64,000 nt of DNA from an uncultured Candidatus Saccharibacteria bacterium. Its GTDB lineage: Bacteria; Patescibacteriota; Minisyncoccia; Phycocordibacterales; SW-6-46-9. Both the position numbers and the translations under genes were made by a program. The DNA lies in NCBI GenBank assembly GCA_964534365.1, contig CAZHOI010000003.1, positions 4,310 through 68,309 on the forward strand. The letters are read 5' to 3'. Shown in pieces: positions 1 through 8,177 of the stretch (positions are counted from its first letter, which is position 1; each line of letters begins with the position of its first letter). The notes under the pieces are model-generated. The model was given only the letters and a program-made list of their open reading frames with translations. It had not been told where the DNA came from and ran no database searches.

Positions 1-285
1 AAAAAAACGTTGCGCACACCGTGGCGAAATCATTATAATTGGTTGGGTCAATCGTTGGCACACTCGAATTTACTGCAAAATCGCCACACTAGGCAATCTT
101 ATGAAGATTTGGCAATTTTGTATCGTTTGGAACAACACCTTCACGACTACCCACATACTAATGAAGATAATGGTACTACTAAAAATGGTTACTACATTGA
201 ATCGATTATGCCGACCGGTAACCGCATAGCGCACAAAGCTGGTCAAATTATTAATTCATACTACCGGCCTGATATCCAAATGTAA
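1..285 (+). CDS. 3' part of a hypothetical protein, cut by the window edge
   Basis: Frame is open from base 1 to TAA at 283-285; no recognisable motif. Confidence 0.45.
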   Translation, partial: KKTLRTPWRNHYNWLGQSLAHSNLLQNRHTRQSYEDLAILYRLEQHLHDYPHTNEDNGTTKNGYYIESIMPTGNRIAHKAGQIINSYYRPDIQM

Positions 286-322
286 TTGCAGAGTTTTTTT
301 ATTTACTTACAATGCAAATTAT

Positions 323-393
323 TACCGGCTCGTCTAATGGTAGGACAACAGGTTCTGGTCCTGTTAATCGGGGTTCGAGTCCCTGGCCGGTAG
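323..393 (+). tRNA. tRNA-Gln(CTG)
   Basis: Acceptor TACCGGC/GCCGGTA, anticodon arm ACAGG-TTCTGGT-CCTGT, T-loop TTCGAGT; CCA not encoded. Confidence 0.97.
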
Positions 394-580
394 CTACTAG
401 CAATTAAGTCTAGGTACAAAGCACTTGGGCTTTTTTGCTAGTTTTTGGTGTGGGACTCGCACCACAAGAGTATTTCCATTTTGTAAACAAAACTAGGTCA
501 AAGACAGAGGTGTGCTAAGTCAAAACTTTTAGTTTTGAGCCGAGTCGGGGTCGAGAGTTCTTATAAGCGTAGCGAATTAG

Positions 581-610
581 AAACTCGTGACCGAGTCCCT
601 GGCCGGTAGC
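581..610 (+). repeat. att-like site R0 containing a 19-bp copy of the tRNA-Gln 3' end
   Basis: 592-610 CGAGTCCCTGGCCGGTAGC is identical to 376-394; the whole 30-mer is in register with R1-R4 (19/30 to R2). Confidence 0.85.
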
Positions 611-640
611 ATAAATATTACAATACACTTTTCTTCATTA

Positions 641-700
641 TAGGGTGACTGTCACCTATTTCACCTATTTTAGGGTGACTGTCACCTATTTCACCTATTT
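641..700 (+). repeat. Perfect 2x30-bp tandem repeat containing the palindrome GGTGACTGTCACC
   Basis: TAGGGTGACTGTCACCTATTTCACCTATTT occurs at 641-670 and 671-700. Confidence 0.95.
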
Positions 701-1096
701 TTAAAGAACCATTTAAGGATAAACCATATACTAAAGACGATGCCGTAAGCTTTATAAACTGGATTAAAGAAGTATGGGATAAAAACAGTCACTTTGTATT
801 TATTGTTAGAGATAGTAGCAATAGCATTATTGGAGCAATTGATATTAAAGGATCTGACTTAAAAAAAGGAGTAATAGGATACTGGTCCCGATAGAAACGC
901 CAGTGGATTTATGACCAACACCCTTAAAGCTCTTGAAGACTTGGCTAAAGAAGCTGGGTTTAGGATTCTTTCTGCAAAGGTTCTAGTTGATAACAATAAA
1001 TCTAAAGGTGTCTTAGAAAGAGCTGGTTTTAACGAAAGAGAAAAGAGGGAAGGTGAGAGTGACTTGTATGATGAATATTATAAAACAATAAGCTAA
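700..1096 (+). pseudogene. RimJ/RimL-type GNAT acetyltransferase, 5'-truncated and frameshifted
   Basis: Frame 1 reads FKEPFKDKPYTKDDAVSFI...IIGAIDI...GVIGYWSR-stop (892-894); after an extra base near 887-889 it continues DRNASGFMTNTL...DNNKSKGVLERAGF, typical GNAT motifs. Confidence 0.75.
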
Positions 1097-1112
1097 AAGC
1101 AAAACTTAGTTA

Positions 1113-1142
1113 AAAGTTCTGACGTCGTTCCACATGTTTAGC
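1113..1142 (+). repeat. att-like site R1
   Basis: AAAGTTCTGACGTCGTTCCACATGTTTAGC; antisense reads LNMWNDVRTFN-stop. Confidence 0.85.
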
Positions 1143-1169
1143 ACAAATTTTAAGTTACAATTATAGTTA

Positions 1170-1739
1170 ATGAAAGACTTTAATGATTCACAAAAATATA
1201 TTTGGGAGTCAGAAAAATATTGGACTAAGAAAATCATTCCGCATTTAAATGATAAAGTCCTTAAAGTTGGAAACGGATTAGGTTACATGAGTACTTTCTT
1301 AAAAAACGAAGGGGTTGATTTAACCATTCTAGATGTATCAATTGATGAGCAAGCGATTAATAAAGATGAAGTAATTTTATACGATGGACAAACCTTTCCT
1401 TTTAAAAATAACTCTTTTGATTCGGTTATGTGTACTTTTGTTCTACACCATACCCTAGAACCTCAAAAGATACTCAGAGAAATGAAAAGGGTAGCAAAAA
1501 GAGTAATAATTCTTGAAGAAACATATACTAATATATTTTCAAAATTAGATCTAGTTTATAGAGATATCTGGGTAAACTTTACCGCTGGTCAGCTATCGAA
1601 GATTTACTGGAACAGTTATTTTAGTAGGAAGTCTCTCCCTGAGACATTGTCAAAACATAACTTATCTGTAATTACTCACTATAAAGAGAATAAGAGGAGT
1701 TATATGAAAGAACTTTACGTGGCAGAAAATATTAAATAA
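1170..1739 (+). CDS. Class I SAM-dependent methyltransferase (cassette cargo)
   Basis: VLKVGNGLG motif I-like, FPFKNNSFDSV, VLHH, LREMKRV. Confidence 0.85.
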   Translation: MKDFNDSQKYIWESEKYWTKKIIPHLNDKVLKVGNGLGYMSTFLKNEGVDLTILDVSIDEQAINKDEVILYDGQTFPFKNNSFDSVMCTFVLHHTLEPQKILREMKRVAKRVIILEETYTNIFSKLDLVYRDIWVNFTAGQLSKIYWNSYFSRKSLPETLSKHNLSVITHYKENKRSYMKELYVAENIK

Positions 1740-1768
1740 AAGTTCTGACTTGGTACCAAACCGCTAGC
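1739..1768 (+). repeat. att-like site R2
   Basis: AAAGTTCTGACTTGGTACCAAACCGCTAGC; antisense reads LAVWYQVRTFI-stop. Confidence 0.85.
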
Positions 1769-1799
1769 AAATATTACACCACACTTTTTACAGCTTTTG

Positions 1800-1888
1800 G
1801 GTGACTGTCACCTATTTTCACCTATTTTGTGTCACCTATTTTGTCACCTATTTTCACCTATTTTCACCTATTTTCTGTCACCTATTTT
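1800..1888 (+). repeat. GGTGACTGTCACC palindrome followed by seven CACCTATTTT units with variable 5' extensions
   Basis: Read directly; same unit as 641-700. Confidence 0.95.
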
Positions 1889-2195
1889 GAGAGATTTAAG
1901 AAATAGCTTATTTCATTTCTTTTCAGTGAAAGGAGTTGCCATGACTTTTAGAGAACTAGACACTAAAGCACGAAAGTTAGAAAAAGATACTAATAACAAA
2001 GTTAAGTTTTTATCACCCGAAGATTTATCAGAGATAGTAACAGGAGCATTTTTTCTAATAATGGAAGAATGGACGAGAGATTGTAGAGATAGTTTGAGAA
2101 ATAACAACAATAAGTTTAAAAACCGAATAATGTGTGTTAAGACTATAGTAGAAAGACATGCTGCGATGATAGTTGAAGAAAAAGATTTAAATTAA
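1889..2195 (+). pseudogene. 5'-truncated hypothetical protein with a HEPN-like RNSLFH motif
   Basis: The ORF N-terminus is only translated repeat tract; the real part starts RDLRNSLFHF (R-x4-H). Confidence 0.5.
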
Positions 2196-2223
2196 AGTTC
2201 TTACTTCATACCAAACAGCTAGC
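2194..2223 (+). repeat. att-like site R3
   Basis: AAAGTTCTTACTTCATACCAAACAGCTAGC; antisense reads LAVWYEVRTLI-stop. Confidence 0.85.
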
Positions 2224-2243
2224 AATGTTTTAGGCAACCACTT

Positions 2244-2579
2244 TTGGCACTCCACTACGTTAACGCTGGACTCCGTAAGCTCTTCGGAGCTGATCCGATA
2301 TGGCACACCATGCGCTTCTATACTTTGCACTTCCCTGAAAAGGGTGACAACTACAAAGTACTTACGTTCACTGGTCTCGCTCACACTGATCAATACGGTC
2401 ATCTGTTTGGCCTTACCGCGAGCGTTCATCTGGACAAGAACGCGCAAGGCAAATGGCAGGTCGAGAAGGTTGTGATTAATCCGCAAATGCGATCTGAGGT
2501 AGCTAACCCTCTGCCGAAACGAGTGGAATATCTCGTAAATGGACACTGGGACGGCCTTCCTCTGCGCACTGCACTCTAA
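2244..2579 (+). CDS. Hypothetical protein, probably 5'-truncated cassette cargo
   Basis: 111-codon ORF, visibly more GC-rich than its neighbours, TTG start only, followed by its own hairpin. Confidence 0.55.
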   Translation: MALHYVNAGLRKLFGADPIWHTMRFYTLHFPEKGDNYKVLTFTGLAHTDQYGHLFGLTASVHLDKNAQGKWQVEKVVINPQMRSEVANPLPKRVEYLVNGHWDGLPLRTAL

Positions 2580-2592
2580 CCTCATCTTGACC

Positions 2593-2633
2593 CTAGAAGA
2601 CCTCATCTTCGCGGGCAGGGTGAGGTTTTCTAG
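2593..2633 (+). terminator. Stem-loop after cassette gene
   Basis: CTAGAAGACCTCATCTT ... AGGGTGAGGTTTTCTAG inverted repeat. Confidence 0.6.
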
Positions 2634-2640
2634 TTAAATT

Positions 2641-2670
2641 AAAGTTCTAACATCGTTCCACACTGCTAGC
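2641..2670 (+). repeat. att-like site R4
   Basis: AAAGTTCTAACATCGTTCCACACTGCTAGC; antisense reads LAVWNDVRTLI-stop. Confidence 0.85.
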
Positions 2671-2672
2671 TA

Positions 2673-3056
2673 TCAAACTTTTGTGATCCGCCACTGTGGT
2701 TTTCCCAGCAATCGCCTGCGATAGCCGGCGCTAATATCAATATTTGGGTAATTAATCCAGGGATCCATCCAGCCTCTATCGGTATTTAGCAGGTAGTGCC
2801 CCGAACCGTATTTTTTATTCCTAGCAAAAACAATGTCTCCATTAGCATAATTGTAATTTTGTACTTTAATTGATTTATAGGTTAGTCCAACTTTGGATAG
2901 CGCCTTGATAATGTTGTGATTATAAAAACCTCGTAGATGCTGATACTTGCTCCCGTAATCAAACAATTTTAGTGATTCTTCGTACGTAATATTTAGTACC
3001 GAGGCAACACAAGCTACCGAGCAGCCCATCATTGCTTGTTGTTTTACCAGATTCAT
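2673..3056 (-). CDS. Peptidase C39-like protein
   Basis: QQAMMGCSVACVASVL (Gln/Cys), GHY and MDP (His/Asp). Confidence 0.7.
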   Translation of the reverse strand: MNLVKQQAMMGCSVACVASVLNITYEESLKLFDYGSKYQHLRGFYNHNIIKALSKVGLTYKSIKVQNYNYANGDIVFARNKKYGSGHYLLNTDRGWMDPWINYPNIDISAGYRRRLLGKPQWRITKV

Positions 3057-3421
3057 AAACTTAACTATAAGATTTTATATTTTATTAACAATTACTCGCT
3101 TGTAGTTCAAAAACTGATTGTGTCAATTCAATCAATTCTTTGAATATTTTAGTTAGATGAATCTCTATCCTTTTTAAAAACAAATAGGTACAAAGCCCTA
3201 TTTTCTAGTTATACCCACTATCCCCACAAGTTACTTTTTATTAACAAATTTACCATTTTCTAGACAACGATGATTTACTGTGATGGGTTGTGTGGATAGC
3301 AGCTAAATTGGGGAAATTATCTCAACCATCAACTAATTTAGATGTAGACTAAGAATATAGCTGATATTTTCAGTCAAGTACCAAATTATCCAGTTTATTA
3401 AACAGCTCTTAAGATAAATAA

Positions 3422-4756
3422 ATGAAACCAACTCACGTCACAAAACGAGACGGCTCGCTACAGCCTTATAATATTGAAAAAATTACTGCCGTTGCCTTGA
3501 AGGCATTACAGGAAGTCAATGATGAAGTCGGGCATGATCCTGCCACGCTAATCCAACATGCTGAAAAGATTGCCAAACGCACCGAAGAAAAAGTGTTGGT
3601 AATGTGCCGAGCCGCCGCTGCCGCTACCCCCGGCAGCCGCTATGCCAAAATGTGTCAAGACGGCAATCCAGCTGTAGAAGAAATACAGGATTTGGTAGAA
3701 ACCTCCCTCATGGAGCTCGATTTTTTCGAGGCCGCCAAAGCCTTTATAATCTATCGCGACAGCCGCAAGAAATTACGTGAACGATCATTGTTTCGCAAGC
3801 GAACCACCCTCAAGCCTTATGAATACACCGAATTATCTGATTATGTAGATGCGGTTAGACATTCATACTGGGTTCATACTGAATTTTCCTACACTTCAGA
3901 CGTGCACGACTTTAAAACGGGGACTACCTCGGCCGAAGCCAGTGCGATCAAAAATGCCATGTTGGCCATTGCTCAGATCGAAGTAGCGGTAAAAAGTTTT
4001 TGGGGTGATTTGTACAAAAAAATGCCTAAACCAGAAATTGCAGCCGTTGGGATGACTTTTGCTGAATCAGAGGTCCGGCACATGGATGCTTATTCGCATT
4101 TATTAGAAATTTTGGGTCTGAACGCCGAATTCAAAGTGCTGGATCAAGCCCCGGCGATTAAAAAACGGATGAATTATCTGGACAAAGTAGTGCAGCTATC
4201 AAAAACCGAAGACGACGAAACCTATGCCCAATCAATAGCCTTATTCTCGCTATTTATCGAACACGTATCCCTGTTCTCGCAGTTTTTGATTATGATGGCG
4301 TTTAACAAACACAAAAATCAATTTAAAGGTATTTCTAATGCGGTTGAGGCCACGTCAAAGGAAGAGCAAATCCATGGTATGTTTGGCACTGATTTAATCA
4401 ATTTGATCAAACAGGAACATCCGGAATGGTTTGGAGAAGAACATGTCGAAAGAGTTAGGGAAATGTGTCAAGAAGCTTACGAGGCCGAGCTAGAAATTAT
4501 TGACTGGATATTTGAAAAGGGTGAACTGGATTTCTTGCCAAAAGCAGTAGTTGTCGAGTTTGTTAAAAATAGATTTAACCGAGCTCTAGAAGGGATTGGG
4601 CTAACATCCATGTTTACAGTTGATGATGAATTGCTGGCAGAGACAGATTGGTTTGATCAAGAAGTCTTTGCCACCAAACATACCGATTTCTTCTATAAAC
4701 GATCAATCAATTACACTAAACGACAGCAATCAGTCACCACCAATGACTTATTCTAA
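3422..4756 (+). CDS. nrdB: Ribonucleotide reductase beta subunit with N-terminal ATP-cone
   Basis: VTKRDG...VEEIQDLVE..LM ATP-cone; ferritin-like ligands QIEVAVK, ESEVRH, EHVSLFSQF, EEQIH. Confidence 0.93.
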   Translation: MKPTHVTKRDGSLQPYNIEKITAVALKALQEVNDEVGHDPATLIQHAEKIAKRTEEKVLVMCRAAAAATPGSRYAKMCQDGNPAVEEIQDLVETSLMELDFFEAAKAFIIYRDSRKKLRERSLFRKRTTLKPYEYTELSDYVDAVRHSYWVHTEFSYTSDVHDFKTGTTSAEASAIKNAMLAIAQIEVAVKSFWGDLYKKMPKPEIAAVGMTFAESEVRHMDAYSHLLEILGLNAEFKVLDQAPAIKKRMNYLDKVVQLSKTEDDETYAQSIALFSLFIEHVSLFSQFLIMMAFNKHKNQFKGISNAVEATSKEEQIHGMFGTDLINLIKQEHPEWFGEEHVERVREMCQEAYEAELEIIDWIFEKGELDFLPKAVVVEFVKNRFNRALEGIGLTSMFTVDDELLAETDWFDQEVFATKHTDFFYKRSINYTKRQQSVTTNDLF

Positions 4757-4797
4757 AATCAAAAGATTACTAACAACTAATTCCACTTAATATAAAT

Positions 4798-6477
4798 ATG
4801 GGCAACTTTAATTGGCTAAACGAAAATTCACGACAGTTTCTAGAACGAGGCTATTTGCAAGAAGGGCAAACTCCTGAAGACAGGATCAGGTTTATTGCCG
4901 ATAAAGCTGAAGAATACCTTCAGGAAGACGGCTTTGGCGACAAATTTTATGATTACATGTCTCGAGGCTGGATATCCCTGGCATCACCGGTGTGGTCAAA
5001 TTTCGGTCTGGAAAGAGGGTTGCCAATTAGCTGCTTTGGATCATACATTGATGATAATATGGGTTCGATTCTATACACCCATGCTGAAATTGGGATGATG
5101 TCAAAATATGGTGGCGGTACTTCTTTTTATGCTGGGGCTTTGCGACCACGAGGGGCTAAAATTACCAATAACGGCAATTCATCTGGGGCAGTACATTTTA
5201 TACAGTTGTTCGATAAGTTAGTTGAAATAGTCTCGCAAGGGAAAGTGCGACGGGGTAACGTCTCACCATATTTACCAGTCGAGCATGATGACATTAACGA
5301 ATTCCTGGATATTGCTACCGAAGGACATCCAATCCAAGGTTTAACGCATGGCGTTACAGTAACAGACGAATGGTTACAAGAGATGGTGGATGGAGATGAA
5401 GAGAAACGCGCTGTGTGGGCCAAGATAATACAGCGCCGGGGTGAAATTGGGTTTCCCTACATAATGTATGCTGATAATGCCAACAATAACAAACCGCAAG
5501 TATACAAAGACAAAAATAAACAAATATATGCGTCTAATTTGTGCAGCGAAATAATGTTGCCATCTTCGAAAGACGAATCGTTTGTATGCTGCCTGTCATC
5601 AGTTAACGTTCTGCATTACGATGACTGGAAAGACACTGATTTAATCGAGACCATGGTTAAATTCCTGGATGCTGTCATTTCTGATTTTTGTGTCCGCCTA
5701 GAATCACTGCGAGATTCTGATGACGAAGAACAACAAACTGCCTTCGAGTTCATGAAACGAGCCTATAAATTTGCTAAAGAACATCGTGCTGTTGGTCTGG
5801 GCCTTTTGGGGTGGCATTCATTATTGCAATCAAAAATGTTGGCTTTTGATGATGAAAAATCGATGAAATTAAACGCTGAAATCTTCTCGACCATGAAAGA
5901 ACGCGCCGAACAAGCATCAGCCGAGCTAGCCGAAAAACTAGGCGAGCCAGAAATGCTAAAGGGTTACGGTCGGCGTAATACTACGCTCTTGTCTGTTGCC
6001 CCCACCACTTCTAGTGCTTTTATCCTAGGTCAAGTATCACAATCCATCGAGCCGCTGATGTCTAATTGTTATGTCAAGGATCTGGCAAAAATGAAGGTAA
6101 CCGTCAAAAATAAATTTCTCAAAGAGCTGCTGGCTGAAAAAGGTCATGATGATAAGAAGACATGGGATTCAATTCGAGATAATGATGGTTCAGTTCAGCA
6201 TCTGGATTACTTGTCAGACGAAGAAAAGCAAGTATTTCAAACCTTTTCCGAAATTGATCAGTACGCCATTATTGAACAAGCCGCCGTTAGACAAATGTTC
6301 ATCGATCAGGGTCAATCCTTGAATGTAATGATCGGCCCTTCAACGACTGCCAAAGAGATCAATAATCTATATTTAACCGCCTGGCGTAAAGGCATCAAAG
6401 CTCTCTATTATCAGCACAGTATGAATGCCGCTCAAGAATTAACCCGTAAAAAGGTTTGCGAGAGCTGTGAAGCGTAA
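4798..6477 (+). CDS. nrdA: Ribonucleotide reductase alpha subunit without ATP-cone
   Basis: PISCF, SNLCSEI, FVCCL, APTTSS, LYY and C-terminal CESC. Confidence 0.95.
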   Translation: MGNFNWLNENSRQFLERGYLQEGQTPEDRIRFIADKAEEYLQEDGFGDKFYDYMSRGWISLASPVWSNFGLERGLPISCFGSYIDDNMGSILYTHAEIGMMSKYGGGTSFYAGALRPRGAKITNNGNSSGAVHFIQLFDKLVEIVSQGKVRRGNVSPYLPVEHDDINEFLDIATEGHPIQGLTHGVTVTDEWLQEMVDGDEEKRAVWAKIIQRRGEIGFPYIMYADNANNNKPQVYKDKNKQIYASNLCSEIMLPSSKDESFVCCLSSVNVLHYDDWKDTDLIETMVKFLDAVISDFCVRLESLRDSDDEEQQTAFEFMKRAYKFAKEHRAVGLGLLGWHSLLQSKMLAFDDEKSMKLNAEIFSTMKERAEQASAELAEKLGEPEMLKGYGRRNTTLLSVAPTTSSAFILGQVSQSIEPLMSNCYVKDLAKMKVTVKNKFLKELLAEKGHDDKKTWDSIRDNDGSVQHLDYLSDEEKQVFQTFSEIDQYAIIEQAAVRQMFIDQGQSLNVMIGPSTTAKEINNLYLTAWRKGIKALYYQHSMNAAQELTRKKVCESCEA

Positions 6478-6698
6478 TCAAACAATTAACGGATAACAAA
6501 GACTGATAACAAAGATTTATAATACGATAACAATAAAATTGATATCTTGAATTATTGCTAATTGTTAGGAACTATGTCATGATGTTTGACAGCAATTAAC
6601 TTAGTTCAATGGCGTAGGGGAGATTTGTCTTGATGGATAGGTCAGAACTGGAGCTCAGTGGAGTAGAGAGTTGCTGATCTATCAATCAAATAAACAAA

Positions 6699-6959
6699 AT
6701 GACAGAAGAAAAGAAATTATTTGTTGGCGGCCTACCATGGCGTATGACAAACGAAGAATTAAAAGACATGTTCGCTGAATTCGGCGAAGTAACGGATGCT
6801 TTTATTCCACGCGACCGCGACACTGGTCGATCACGAGGTTTTGGATTCGTTGAATTCGAATCAAAAGAATCAGCTGAATCAGCCATTGAAAAATGGGATG
6901 GTGCTGAATATGATGGTCGCAACCTGAATGTTAACTTTGCCCAGAAAAAAGGCGAATAG
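6699..6959 (+). CDS. RRM-domain RNA-binding protein
   Basis: RNP2 LFVGGL and RNP1 RGFGFVEF. Confidence 0.95.
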   Translation: MTEEKKLFVGGLPWRMTNEELKDMFAEFGEVTDAFIPRDRDTGRSRGFGFVEFESKESAESAIEKWDGAEYDGRNLNVNFAQKKGE

Positions 6960-6975
6960 CATCTGGACGATTCAT

Positions 6976-7002
6976 AAAACTGGCCTAATCGGCCAGTTTT
7001 TT
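6976..7002 (+). terminator. Intrinsic terminator
   Basis: AAAACTGGCC-TAATC-GGCCAGTTTTTT. Confidence 0.8.
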
Positions 7003-7055
7003 ATTATCACTTAAAAGTCAAAATTAGTTATTAAGTATGCGATAATACAAAGAAT

Positions 7056-7577
7056 ATGAAATTAGCAATTGCAATGGTGGTATTACTGATAGCTGCGGTT
7101 GGTCTAACCACCTTGTTAGGCGAAGATAATACGTCTGAAACAAAAACGCTGGATAATGGACAATTACCAGCAGTTCCGAATCAACCAGAAACAACTCCTG
7201 GAGCTATAGAAAATGAGCGCACCTTATCAAGAATAGGTAATGGCGCTGAGCTGGTATCAGTTTCAAATCCGATAGCAAATCAAACCATTAATTCACCGGC
7301 ATCAATCAAGGGACGAGCGCCAGGATACTGGTTTTTTGAAGCTACCGCGCCAGTTTCAGTTGTTAATTGGGACGGTTTAATTATTGGCGAAGGCTTTGTT
7401 ACCGCAGAAGGTGATTGGATGACGACTGAATTGGTACCATTTGATGGTCAGGTATCATTTGAGTCGTCCGATGATACACCGTCGAACTGGGGCTGGGTGA
7501 TCTTGCGACGGCAAAATGCATCAGGACTGCCAGAAAATGATGCAGCCGTTGAAATCCCCGTATTCTTAAGTAATTAA
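7056..7577 (+). CDS. Membrane-anchored Gmad2 immunoglobulin-like domain protein
   Basis: N-terminal hydrophobic segment; GRAPGYWFFEA, WMT..VPF, NASGLPEN. Confidence 0.75.
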   Translation: MKLAIAMVVLLIAAVGLTTLLGEDNTSETKTLDNGQLPAVPNQPETTPGAIENERTLSRIGNGAELVSVSNPIANQTINSPASIKGRAPGYWFFEATAPVSVVNWDGLIIGEGFVTAEGDWMTTELVPFDGQVSFESSDDTPSNWGWVILRRQNASGLPENDAAVEIPVFLSN

Positions 7578-7582
7578 ATATA

Positions 7583-8119
7583 ATGCAGGATTGGCTATAC
7601 AAATCGGCGGGTGATGTTCCAGAAATTGTATTATCTGTATTTGTTATTACTATAATATTGATAGTCTATACCCGCATATCCGGCCTGCGAAGTTTTTCTA
7701 AAATGTCTAGTTTCGATTTTGCAATTACAGTCGCATTTGGTTCGGTGTTAGCCTCGACTGTAATAGCCAAAGAGCCCAGAATTTTTCAATCTGGTGTTGC
7801 TTTGGGGGCACTGTATTTGCTGCAGTATTTAATTTCGTATATTAAAGCTCGAAATATTAGTTTTGGTAAGTTAATAGATAATGAGCCGATCCTTTTAATG
7901 AATCAAGATGGATTTATTGAAGATAATTTGATAAAAGCGCGAGTCACCAAAGACGAAGTCAGAGACAAATTGCGCCAAGCTAATGTTCTGCAGTTATCAA
8001 ATGTCAAGGCAGTTGTATTTGAGACTACCGGCGATATATCGGTATTGCACAGCAGGGAAGACCAGGTGATTGATCGTAATATTGTAATAAATGTCCGCGA
8101 CAATCATTTAATAAATTAA
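7583..8119 (+). CDS. DUF421/YetF family membrane protein
   Basis: GLRSFSKMSSFDF, EPILLM, FETTGDISV. Confidence 0.85.
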   Translation: MQDWLYKSAGDVPEIVLSVFVITIILIVYTRISGLRSFSKMSSFDFAITVAFGSVLASTVIAKEPRIFQSGVALGALYLLQYLISYIKARNISFGKLIDNEPILLMNQDGFIEDNLIKARVTKDEVRDKLRQANVLQLSNVKAVVFETTGDISVLHSREDQVIDRNIVINVRDNHLIN

Positions 8120-8177
8120 GTTATTCATTTATGGCGCAAGTCTAAATTTAAATTAATATTACCAATCAGGCTTGATG

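Larger units (their letters stand above)
395..2670. mobile_element. Tandem cassette array at the 3' end of tRNA-Gln(CTG): five units bounded by 30-bp att-like sites
   Basis: Sites at 581-610, 1113-1142, 1739-1768, 2194-2223 and 2641-2670 all end in TAGC like the tRNA end (391-394); units carry unrelated or truncated accessory genes. Confidence 0.75.

Noticed and set aside
1797-1888. N-terminus MGDCHLFSPIL... of the 132-aa ORF
   Set aside because: It is translated repeat tract, not protein-like sequence
2187-2606. Minus-strand 139-aa ORF as the recombinase
   Set aside because: It is the antisense shadow of 2244-2579; only its last residues (LAVWYEVRTLI) come from site R3 and it has no recombinase motifs
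581-2670. The 30-bp repeats as a CRISPR array
   Set aside because: Repeats are degenerate, spacers are 417-596 bp and contain genes, and no cas genes are present
1113-2670. The sites as classical integron attC sites
   Set aside because: No RYYYAAC...GTTRRRY boundaries or long attC hairpin, and no IntI in the window
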